A stretch of DNA of 35,897 nt, from contig BQXS01011556.1 of assembly GCA_024181965.1 (NCBI GenBank), forward strand, positions 1 through 35,897, in the 5' to 3' direction. Shown piece after piece: positions 1-10,900 of this stretch (the stretch's first letter is position 1; the number at the start of each line of letters is the position of its first letter). This DNA comes from Aduncisulcus paluster (Eukaryota). The notes beneath the pieces were generated by a model. The model searched no databases and was not told the origin of the DNA. It saw only the letters and a list, made by a program, of their open reading frames with translations. A program made the position numbers and the translations under genes.

Positions 1-3000
1 ATTTCAGTGAAACGAGACTCTTGCCGCTGACCAATACTTCCACTCCTGGGGGCTCCAGTCAAAGGAGTATCGTGAGTTATTGATGGAGTTGATGTAGTTT
101 TTGCAGATGCTATGTCATATTCTTGTTCCAAAATGGCCATTTCATTTTCACGGCGAGTGTTGGATTCAGAACCAAGAATAACTGTCATCGTAGCTCCAAA
201 CAAACGCAATGCACGCACACTGATCTCTTCTCGCTCAACACGGCGAGCACACACGTGAGCAATTAGAGTTGGAACATCATCCGTGAAAGCGGCATCATCG
301 GAACAACAAGCATCGTCAATTGCAAAGGGAGAATCAGAATCAAGAGAAGCATTCCCAGTCATTGCTGCACTGAAAAGTTCAGACCGATCCTCAATTGTTT
401 TAATATAAGAACATTCCTGCAACCTCTGTTCCTTCCATTGTACTAATTCACCAAGAATAACAAATCGTACAAAGAGAGCAAAAATCTCATAATGGGCATG
501 GTGTTCGATTACATACACTGATAGAGCTTCTAAAAATAGAACATATTGAGAAACTGGTAATCTCAAGAAAGAGTCGTAAAGTTGTTTTGGTGTGTAATTC
601 ATATGCTGGTGCAAGAGCAACGAATTGAGTTGTCTGAATGTGTTAATCGAATCTCTATCTCTAATATATGCATCACTTTGCTCCTGTTGAGATGCATTTA
701 ATAAGCTGAATATTGATTCTCCAACCATATTTTTCAACACATCATTATAATGTTTTGACCGATCATACTTCATATCGACCCATTCTCTCATCCTTTGAGT
801 GTTCTTTCCGAGGAAAGGAGACACTAACATATCATGATCTTGACAAGATCCATCCTCTTCACTATCATCATGATCCTCACTCTCTGTCAGCTCAATGCCC
901 CTTTCTTCAGGATGACCAGTGCCCCTTTCTTCAGGATGACCAGTGCCTGAATGTTTGTCCTGTCCATCTTCTTTCTTATCATTTGCAGAGTATAGATACA
1001 AATACTGACACACACATGCCATAGCAATCTCACACGTGACTCTTTCGCTGAAAGAAATGAAGGAACAAGGGAAAAGAACGTGGAACACATCACCAATCTC
1101 ATACGACTTCTTTATAATAATTGACAAGGGAGAAGATGAGGAGGAGGCAGAGGGAGCTTCAGAGCAAGGAAGTAGCGTAGAAGGAGAGAAGCAAGAAGGA
1201 GAAGGAGAGACAAGGGCCACAAGAGAGGGGGAGAGAGCATCTGGGCGCAATGTACCTAAGTTTAGAATTTTCTCAATGGGTGAGAAAGGAGTGGAGCAAC
1301 AAACCCCAGATATCTGGGATGTTCTCCGACTGCCTTGAGTATCATTTGTATCTACCCCCAAGGAAGATGCCTTTCCAAGATGAGGAGATTGCGGTACCGG
1401 TGAACCTGCCGTAACATTTTTAGCACGAACACTGGTCGCATTACTTGAAGTTCTAGATAAATGACCACGAATACTAGTCGTCGAACGTCTAGTGGGAAGA
1501 TTGTCAACAAATCTTTGTCGCTCACGGGCACAGATAAGTTTCCTCTCAGAAATAGAGGGATCTCTCCCATCGGAAATGCCAATTAATCCCATTTTTGATC
1601 TTACAATCAGCTCCATGATAAGTTTAAACATTGAAATTGACTTTTCTGTGAACAAAGCATAAGCAAGACCATCAAACTTGAGCATGGAAGACAGTCCTCG
1701 TATCAATGGGGGGAAAAAGGAGTAGAAAGGGGGGAAGAACGAAGGGGGTGTCAAAGTAAGGAATGAAAATAGACTCCTTGAGCACGAGAATGGATTGTCA
1801 AATGAGTATTTATGCATTATCAAAGCCCCATTATGATGATTAGAATGTTCGTGTATTGATGGACTACCTGGTTCAGACAGAGCAAAGGGGGACAAATGTT
1901 CAATGTCATCTTCCAATGTGACATCATGAGGAATAATCATTCGGGGTGGTTCCAAAGATTCTTCTCCCATCTCTCTCCTGTCCTTAGCTGCTCTAGATTT
2001 ATGGTCAAACGATGCAGTATCATTTTCCCATATTTCTTCAACATTCTTTGTATGACCATCGATTCTTCCCGAGATAAACACGCTCCATATTCCAACGATT
2101 TGGCCAAGAAGAATCAAGAGATGTTTGGACTCTGTGAGTTCTAATAACATCAAGACAGGACCAAGGAGAACATCAATTAACTCATAAAACTTATCACTAA
2201 GAGAACTAGGACTTAGGGGAGGAGCTGGAGGGGTGTTACATGCAGAAGAGGAAGAACAAGACAAGAGATACCGTACACTCTCTCGCATGGCCTGGGTAAG
2301 CCCACCTGAGAGGACAATATGCTTCATATCATCTTCCAATGTGACATCATGAGGAATAATCATTCGGGGTGGTTCCAAAGATTCTTCTCCCATCTCTCTC
2401 CTGTCCTTAGCTGCTCTAGATTTATGGTCAAACGATGCAGTATCATTTTCCCATATTTCTTCAACATTCTTTGTATGACCATCGATTCTTCCCGAGATAA
2501 ACACGCTCCATATTCCAACGATTTGGCCAAGAAGAATCAAGAGATGTTTGGACTCTGTGAGTTCTAATAACATCAAGACAGGACCAAGGAGAACATCAAT
2601 TAACTCATAAAACTTATCACTAAGAGAACTAGGACTTAGGGGAGGAGCTGGAGGGGTGTTACATGCAGAAGAGGAAGAACAAGACAAGAACATCATGAGG
2701 AATAATCATTCGGGGTGGTTCCAAAGATTCTTCTCCCATCTCTCTCCTGTCCTTAGCTGCTCTAGATTTATGGTCAAACGATGCAGTATCATTTTCCCAT
2801 ATTTCTTCAACATTCTTTGTATGACCATCGATTCTTCCCGAGATAAACACGCTCCATATTCCAACGATTTGGCCAAGAAGAATCAAGAGATGTTTGGACT
2901 CTGTGAGTTCTAATAACATCAAGACAGGACCAAGGAGAACATCAATTAACTCATAAAACTTATCACTAAGAGAACTAGGACTTAGGGGAGGAGCTGGAGG

Positions 3001-6000
3001 GGTGTTACATGCAGAAGAGGAAGAACAAGACAAGAGATACCGTACACTCTCTCGCATGGCCTGGGTAAGCCCACCTGAGAGGACAATATGCTTCATACGA
3101 CTACGATTCTCACTTCTCAGAGAAATATCTTTCCATTCTTTCTCATTCTTGAGTCTATTTTTAAGTTTCCTTCTCTGGGAGTGACTAAGCATCGAGAATA
3201 CAGAGCGAGAGGAAGAGGAAGCAGACGTTGGAGAGTTGATGGAAGAAGGGGACGATTGATGAATGTTTCTCATGGAACTTGACACCCCAATCTGTCTTTT
3301 TATAGTCTGAACTCGATTGGTGCTTATATTGCTTCCATTCAACTTGGACATAATTGACATTTTCTTCAATTTCTGCATAGCCAACCGGCTACGTTCGTTT
3401 CTAGCCGATACTTCAATAAACCGAAGCATGAGAGAATGTCCAGATCCGACAGCACCAGAACCGACCCACCCTACGAGTCCCTTCATTCTCTTACTTATCT
3501 CTTCCTCTCTTAAGGGAACTTTTTTGACTCCATTATATAATCTAGAGAGAAACTCTGTACTAATGCTGACACATGCATGCATCCCTCGTACCATCATTAT
3601 AAATGCATCACAAGACACCTTTTTAGCTCCCCTTGTGTGTAATTCTGTTGAGAGATTCAACAGAGAGTGACACAGAGTCTCAATGGTATTGGAGGAAAGA
3701 AGAGATGAAGAGTTGCTGCCTGTGGGTGAGAATGGTTTCGAATCACGTGATGTCAAAGAGGTGACGTCATCCAGAATATCACCATCGCTATCTTTTAGTT
3801 CAGGAAGGAGAGTGGATGAATGAGAAGAGTGAGAAGAAGAGGTAGTATGATGATGGGAATGTGAAGCCCCACTTAGGTCAACTCCAACCATCTTACGTTT
3901 TCTCCTTCTGATTTCAATCTCAATCTCTCGCTCTTTCTGCTCTTCTTCAAGCCATTGACCAGATGGAGCAGAATAGCACTTAGCAAAGGCTCTAACAATT
4001 CGGTCTCGAATAGCAGGAAAATCTGAAGGAATGTGAATTGTGTCTAAAAATAGACGAAGAGCAGTGTCTAGAGCTTCATTCTTCCACATATGTGACTGTA
4101 AATGGACGAAATAAAACAATACCTTAGACACCCAAGGATCTGATGGAGCAAGGCCACCGAGGAAATATCCAAGCTGACGTTTTGAGAATCCAGTACCGAT
4201 TCCATGGGCTGAATAACGTAGGAATAATGCAGCTGCTAATTTTGGATCCTGAGGAAGAATCGTATTATAGTGGAATAATGAGGGAAGAGACGAAAATAGA
4301 GCTGAGAAAGTTGGGGTTGAAGAATCTGATTTTAAATTGAGAGGAGGGAAAAGATTAGCATTCATAATGAGGAAAGGAGATTGATCAATTTCTAAAAATG
4401 GACTTTTGAGAAAGTTATCTTCTTCCTCTTGCTCTTCTTCTTCCTCTTCCTCTTCCTCTTCTTGCTCTTCTTCTTCTTGCTCTTCTTCTTCCGCTTCGTC
4501 CTCAGATGATTGTGGTTTATCTATTTTTAGAACAGGTTGTTCATCTTGAGAAGAATTAGATCTTGATTGTTCAGGAACCAATGATTCAGCCCCTTTCGAT
4601 TCTCCTTCTTCCTTCTTCTCACCCTCAGAATCAGAATCGGCGTACATTGTAGATTTTAGCATAGCACTCATTGTTGACATAATCATGTCTCCTCTTTTCG
4701 CACTTTTTTCATCTTCTCGACGCTGTTTAAGTTGTTTTCTCTCCTTCTTCTTCCTCTTTTTCTCAGCTTTCTCCTCTTCTTTCATCCACTCTGCTCTAAC
4801 TCTCTTCATGAATCGAGTACACATTCCAACGGTATCGGGTTTAAAAAGCTCCGAAGAAGATATTTCAGTGTCACCGCCAAGATATTTTTGGATCACCGAA
4901 GCAGAATTGAATTCTTGGATACTCATCGCAACAAAATGTTTGGATTGATTTGTGAGACTATATTCATTCTTTTCTTTATCCTTGTCGGTTTTAACCGGTG
5001 TGGATCCGGTATCCAACGAAGAAACTGCCGTTGGGAGATTGGCAAGGGATAACACAGACGAATGTAGGAGAGACATTGATAAAGACAATATCAAGGAAAG
5101 CACTGAACAGGTCAATGAAATATTGTCAGATGCAGAATCATTCCAATTACTGCTTGTTTGAATCGTTGAATAGAACATCCGTTTCTCTTGCCGATATTGT
5201 TTCGTTTTCTTGTCGATATCTTCAGCTTTTGCATCATCACATACAATAGTTCCTCTTCTTATCACTCCACGAGTGATGGAGGAAGAGGAAGAGGAGGAAG
5301 AAGAACCTTGACTCGCTTGATGAAGAAATTGTTTGACTTTCTCTTGATCTATATTTAGTCCATCCAAAGCAGATATCAGTGTGTGAGTCAGTGCATGAAT
5401 TTTGTGTGAAGAAGGAGATGTTACTGATCCAATACTCTCTCTTGAACTTCCTGCATATGATCCTCTCTGCTGTTGGCGTTGGGATGATGTTAAAGCCTTC
5501 AGTCGTTCTTCTTCTTTAACTTTTTGATTGACTTCTTCGATCTCTTTGGTCTGTTTGATGTCAGACTCAAGAATATCTCTCAATACAGTGATAGTTTGAG
5601 TCCAAATATCCTCATCTGCCCAGGTAAGGATCTGAGAGAAAGAATGGGGCAGAATAGACGCAGAGGAGGAACAGCAACTCGAGGAAGAAAGAATATCTGC
5701 AGATTGAGAAACTTTAGATCTATAAATAGCACTACCAGAATGATACCCATCAGAATCATGCTCAGAATCAAGGGATGTTGTTGTTGTGGGGAATAAAAGA
5801 GATTCTAAATTACGAATGTGTTTGGGGAAATTACTAAAAATAGAGTGAGAAGAATGATTTTCACAATGGGGAGACATATCTTGCATTTTTGAGAATGTTA
5901 ATCCACAAATTGATGACAATCTCTTTTTATCTGCATTGTCAGCCCCTTTAACCTCACCTCCTCTCCCACTATCAGTCTCCTTGATTCCACTCACATTGGT

Positions 6001-8007
6001 TGATGTTTCTGGGTGTGCAGTAGTGATGACTGTGCTCGTTGAAGAAGGTATGATAGACACGGATGATGAAGATACAATCGATTTAGTTCCAGGTTGTTGT
6101 GCTGCAATGGTTTTTTTGCTTGTTTTCTTCGGTTTCTGTTTGTTTTCAATAGAACGAGAAGAGGAAGTTTCTTGATCCGTTTCAAGAGCTCCAATTGCAC
6201 TAATAAAAGCACTGCATTTAAAGAAGAATAATTGAGGCATTTGTTTCCCACTAAATATCCTATCAATGCTTCCACAAATACCTTCCCTTATTTTATCTGA
6301 AGAATACATCCACGAAGAAGCCTTTCCTTTCAAACTCCAAACAGGAACGGTCGAATGTATCGATGATCTCCTGGTCTCGCTGGAAGAAGATAACGAAGGA
6401 CGTTGATCTTTAGAAGCAGAATTCATAATTCCCATAGAAGGAACATTGCCCTTCACAATGCTCTTCATATGAGAAGAAGAACCATTAATTTGTTCTATTA
6501 ATAGGAGAGAAGGAAGGAATATATGAGTAATAATTCTTGAAAAAGTATGTGGATAAGATGGACCAGCAACTCGGATCATAGCTTCTAGAGACAAGAGACA
6601 AGCGTGGAATAGGTTGGCTGTATTAAGAGTCTCCGTGGAATATCTTTCTTCATTCTTGGAAGAGACAGAGGAATCGGAAGAAGAAGAAGTTGTCAGCGTA
6701 GTTTTTCCAACAACTGGACTTGAGTTGGTTGTAGTCGTTGTTAAAGATGACGGCAATGCATCTGAAACGACACTTGAACCTGGATTCACTGTTGTACTGG
6801 TTATGGATGTTGCAGTGCTTCTTCTTCTCTCTTTCTTAAGCTCAGCCTTTTGTTTCCTCTTTTCTTCCTTCATTTTCCTCCTTTCTTCTTTCTTCCTTTC
6901 CTTTTTATCTCGCTTGGCCTTTTCTTTGGCCGATTCCATAATAAGCTTTTCTTGATGTTGTTTTTCATCCACACCAAGTGTTCCTAAACTCTTTTCTTTC
7001 TTTCTCTTGTCCCGCTCTTCTTTTTCCCAGTCGGAGCAACACTCACAGACACACATGAGAACTGCTGGAAGGACATGTCGCCTTACACAGTTGCTTGTGC
7101 GTATGAATAACGAAGGAGAGAGCAGAGATAACGTATGTGATAACAATTGAAGTGCAAGAATACGGAGATGAATAGAAAATGATCCAGCAGATGAAGAGGA
7201 GGAGGAATCGGAGGAATCAGACGATCCAATCACAGCACATAGTAGCCGTATCAGCAATGTTAGATGTGAGAGACGAGTGAAAGTGTCGTGGGAAAGCATC
7301 GGAGAGGAAGACTGAGAAGAGGATCGAGAGAGTTGGCCTGGGCCAGATGGGAAAGGAGAGCCATGGAGAACAGCTTGATCATTGCCGCTCACCCCAAAGA
7401 AGAATCCACGTCTCATTGGAGGTAAAGGTTGTTTATAACGGATAGTAGAAGTCGTGGTGGTGGAATCACTATCGTCAGACCGGCATTGATCTTCATAACC
7501 AAGATATTCACTTTCTTTGTCACGTTTGGACAAGTGAGATACAGATTTAGAATCATATTTGTCAGCAGATCCCTTAGAAAGTCGATCATACTCACGTTGA
7601 ATACCTTCAATGCGTAATCTCTCGAATTCAAAATATGGAGAGCATTCAGGAGATGCTATGCACATACATATCGTTGCCAAGGTATCTATTGCGGTCTTAC
7701 TAACACTAGGATGTCCAGGATAAGAAAAAAAATGGAAAGATATCCTCACAGCAAGAGAAATATTCTCTGGATTTAGTAAATCGGTGAATAATGATAATTT
7801 AGCAAGGGTTATTAGTATATCATTTTGAATTTCGGAATTATTGGTGACTTTCTTTCTTAACTTTTTATCATCGATTATCTGGGCAATATATTGAAACCTA
7901 ATGATACATTTTACATGTAAATTTACATAACATCAAAAAATTAGAATTAATTAATTTGGAAAATAAATCACATACACCTTTTCATCACTATCCCATTCTT
8001 TAACCAT
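1..8007 (-). CDS. Large Sec7-domain Arf guanine-nucleotide exchange factor (BIG/GBF-like), 3' end beyond the window. Exon 1 is 8007-7976 and exon 2 starts at 7897. The reading frame is broken by 769 extra bp of tandem duplication within 1906-3097.
   Basis: ORF 2659-7749 extends upstream without stops to 7897 and splices to ATG 8007 (MVKEWDSDEKV|FQYIAQ...). It has a HUS-like segment (LRILALQLLSHTL...VRRHVLPAVL) and Sec7 motifs: AALFLR...SKRQLGYFLG, LDTALRLFLDTIHIPSDFPAIRDRIVRAFAKCY, SNTIETLCHSLLNLSTELHT...F..MVRG..ISTEFLSRLYNGVKKVPL. A second minus-strand frame is open from ~2689 to position 1 (read by hand, no stops) and is the natural continuation (PHDVTLEDDIEHLSPF...). Confidence 0.8.
896..947. 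repeat. 24-bp in-frame tandem repeat (2 copies plus 4 nt), encoding GTGHPEER x2 on the minus strand
   Basis: tgcccctttcttcaggatgaccag at 896-919 and 920-943, followed by tgcc. Confidence 0.95.
1906..3097. repeat. Exact tandem triplication of coding sequence with block order A-B-C-A-B-B-C (A=1906-1920, B=1921-2266, C=2267-2328)
   Basis: Copies lie at 1906-2328, 2329-2689 and 2690-3097. Offsets are 423 bp (in frame) and 346 bp (frameshifting). No mismatches were seen by eye. The three near-identical plus-strand shadow ORFs ending at 2144, 2567 and 2913 confirm the offsets. Confidence 0.95.
7898..7975 (-). other. 78-bp spliceosomal intron (phase 2) in the Sec7 gene
   Basis: Minus strand reads AAG GT|gtatgtgatt...gtatcattag|G TTT CAA. 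The donor is GTATGT, the acceptor is TAG, the interior is very AT-rich and contains a CTAAT. Splicing joins a 32-nt ATG exon exactly in frame (GT+G = Val). Confidence 0.8.
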
Positions 8008-8204
8008 TGTTATTGAAATTGATTGTAAAAATTCAATTTATGTGGGTTTAAAATTTGAAATGGGTGCAAAAATATCGACTTGGTACAATCGATGTTGGAC
8101 AATAATCCCATTAATAAATGTTTTCTATTTTGGATTCAAATCATTCGATTATTTAATTTACACCCCTTAATTATTTATTTTTATTATTTTTATAATTAAA
8201 TAAT
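8008..8204. promoter_or_regulatory. Putative compact bidirectional promoter
   Basis: 197-bp AT-rich interval between divergent start codons (ATG 8007 on minus, ATG 8205 on plus). Confidence 0.5.
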
Positions 8205-10061
8205 ATGCCTAGATTCTTTACCAGAGCTGTTCTGTCGTCATTAAGAAAAGGGGCTCCTAAAATGCCAAATCATATTGGTTTCATCATGGATGGTGTGGAA
8301 CTGTGGGCTAAAAGAAATGGTAAATCGCTTCAGGAGGCATATAAAGCTAGTTTATTAACATTACTCAGAATATTAGATGTTTGTCATTATCTCAAGATTA
8401 AGAATTGTAGTTTTTTTGTTTTTTCATTATCAAAACTTAAAAAAGTATCAGTTGCAAATTCTCCTCTCCAAACTATCAATTCTTTCCTCGAAACCGAATT
8501 ATTAAAAGTTTTGGAGGATGAGCATTTACAAGATCAATTACGATGTAAAATTCACATATCAGGAAATTTAGAAGCGTTAAATAATGTTACTTTAAGGGAA
8601 CGTTTTATTAAAGCCTGTGTTGAATCGGTTTCACGTATTGATGAAGCCAGAAGGCGTGATGTTGAACAAGGACGTCCCCATGTGCACGAAATGAATGTTA
8701 CAATATGTTTTAGTTATTCTTCCAAACAAGAAATAGCCACATCTACGAATGCTGTTGTTCGAGAAATGACAAAGGGCGAGTCAAGGGCCAAACGAGTTAC
8801 GAGGGCTGCTTTTGATGCATATTTACGCGAGTTTAGTGGGCCCAGTGGAGTTCCGCCTGATCTTATCATTCGAACTGGAGGAATACCACGTGTTTCTGAC
8901 TTTCTCCTTTGGCAGATCACCGGCAAGTCCGTTTTCGTTGTTCAGCGTCAACCATGGCCGAACACATCGACTGTCAACATAATATCAGGCGTTTGGCAAT
9001 GGTTATACACAGTTATTGGTCTTAGAAAGAAAGGGACTCGTAAGATTCGGTACACTCGACATTCCTCCCACCCGTCATGTTCTCATGATAGTGGCTCAAA
9101 AAAGGATCAAGCTGTGCCTTCGAAAGCATCAAAGATGGCGACAAGCAAGGGCGATCATGCTAAGTCTTATAAGGATAGGGATGGAATGAGAAGAGAAGGA
9201 AAAGATAATGATGATAAAGCCGATATTTTGGTCAACCCCATGTTTTCAAAGCGTCCTATTACTTCAAGTCCCTCTGAACATGATGAGATTGGTGTAGAAG
9301 AAAGATCAAAGATCGAAGCCAGTGACTCTATAATCATGGGAGAAATCAAGGAAGTCACCTCATCTCGAACAAACACTGAAGAAACTGATGAAATCACGTC
9401 CAGTTCACCTTGTCATCACGGTATTCAACGTATCCGTGGGCGAGATATGATGGCCATACATGATGCGATTGCTGGTCGAATCAGCAGTAGCAGTGGTGAT
9501 GATGATGATCATTTAGCTAAGGTTAATGTATCCTCTTATTCATCAGTTTCAGATCATAGAGAGAAAGATGACCCCAAACATGGGCATGGTTCTCGACCCC
9601 GACAATTATCAAAGACGAGACCGAAGATGGCGAAGCAGCATGGAATGGGTAAGCATAAGAGATCAATCTCATCGTCTTCAGCCGGTGATTTACGGCTATC
9701 CCAATATGGAGAGATGGCTTTATCTGATTCCCATTCATACCAATTCTTTGATGTTCCTTTATCTCGACCTCCTTCCCGGACTGCCTTTTTCTTCTCTGAA
9801 GAAGAAGAGGAAGAAGCGATCACAAGGGAAAAAACCACAAGTCGGGAAGACAGAGAGAAAGAAGAGAGTAGAGAGAAAGAAGAGAGTAGAGAGAAAGAAA
9901 GAGATCGGAAGGGTGGTGAGAAGGGGCAAAGGAAAGGAAGGGATATTGGAGATGATATAGAATCATCGTCAGAGTCTTCTTTCTTATCTCCTCATGATCT
10001 GGCCATTGCAGCTAAACATGCAAAAGAAGTAGAGATGAACTTTTGGGGAGGAGCTGGATGA
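8205..10061 (+). CDS. cis-prenyltransferase (UPPS/DHDDS-fold) family protein with degenerate catalytic motifs and a ~350-aa low-complexity C-terminal tail
   Basis: PNHIGFIMDG, SFFVFS, ICFSYSSKQEI and PPDLIIRTGGIPRVSDFLLWQ...WP match the conserved cis-PT regions. Confidence 0.88.
   Translation: MPRFFTRAVLSSLRKGAPKMPNHIGFIMDGVELWAKRNGKSLQEAYKASLLTLLRILDVCHYLKIKNCSFFVFSLSKLKKVSVANSPLQTINSFLETELLKVLEDEHLQDQLRCKIHISGNLEALNNVTLRERFIKACVESVSRIDEARRRDVEQGRPHVHEMNVTICFSYSSKQEIATSTNAVVREMTKGESRAKRVTRAAFDAYLREFSGPSGVPPDLIIRTGGIPRVSDFLLWQITGKSVFVVQRQPWPNTSTVNIISGVWQWLYTVIGLRKKGTRKIRYTRHSSHPSCSHDSGSKKDQAVPSKASKMATSKGDHAKSYKDRDGMRREGKDNDDKADILVNPMFSKRPITSSPSEHDEIGVEERSKIEASDSIIMGEIKEVTSSRTNTEETDEITSSSPCHHGIQRIRGRDMMAIHDAIAGRISSSSGDDDDHLAKVNVSSYSSVSDHREKDDPKHGHGSRPRQLSKTRPKMAKQHGMGKHKRSISSSSAGDLRLSQYGEMALSDSHSYQFFDVPLSRPPSRTAFFFSEEEEEEAITREKTTSREDREKEESREKEESREKERDRKGGEKGQRKGRDIGDDIESSSESSFLSPHDLAIAAKHAKEVEMNFWGGAG
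9852..9899 (+). repeat. 18-bp in-frame tandem repeat (REKEES, about 2.7 copies)
   Basis: agagagaaagaagagagt x2 plus agagagaaagaa. Confidence 0.9.
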
Positions 10062-10900
10062 GTTCAGAGTTGGAGAGAATATATTAAGACGTTCAATATG
10101 GAGTTCTTACTGTTTCTCTTTTGGTCAGACTATATTTAGAAATTGAGAAATATATTTTATTTGAAAGATAATAATCGAAATCTAAAGTCATATATCTCTC
10201 AATTATTTTCAAATCGATGATTATAATAATGAAATTGATAAACAAATATTATACTATTATCAGTAATAACTATCATGATAATGGTAACATTAATCTATTC
10301 AGTCACTGAATCTACACGGTGTAGATAGATTATGTTAGACCATCTTGGTTTGTTATATAACTTATATAATATATAATATATATTAACTCTCTCACCTCTT
10401 TGGGATTGTTTGTCTCTATTTTGACAACCAAGTATTTGTTTCATTATCTCAGATAATTTATCAATCAGCTTTTGAAGCTTCCCAAATTAAGAGAAAGATA
10501 TTTATAGCTTGTTTTGAGAAAAGACTCGGAGGTGTTTATTCCGGTGATCATTTTATCTGGAGCTGAGTTCATCAAATGAGCAGACAGATGAATATTTCAC
10601 ACGAGGGAACAAAAAATCATCTATAGGGGTCAAAAGGGGAACTAACGGCAGATTCAACAAAAGATAGCATTAATAAATAGGATAGGATGGAAAAATAATA
10701 ATAGAAATAGGAGTCAACAGTCAATCGGGAAAATATTCAAAAATCGGCAATTCGTTGCCAAAAACGTAACATGAGAGAGAAATAGTCAATATAGAAGAAA
10801 ATAATGATTTGTTTCAGTCCCTCAGGAAGATGAAAACGGACGGAAAATGGAATGAAATCGATCAGAAAACTGAATCGGCAATAATGATTCGTAAAATATC

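Noticed and set aside
1896..2913. Three near-identical 82-85-aa plus-strand ORFs that look like a small gene array
   Set aside because: They are antisense shadows of the triplicated Sec7 coding block, not independent genes.
1906..3097. CRISPR-like or LTR-like interpretation of the repeats
   Set aside because: The units are 346-423 bp of contiguous coding sequence with no spacers, no TG..CA ends and no associated genes.
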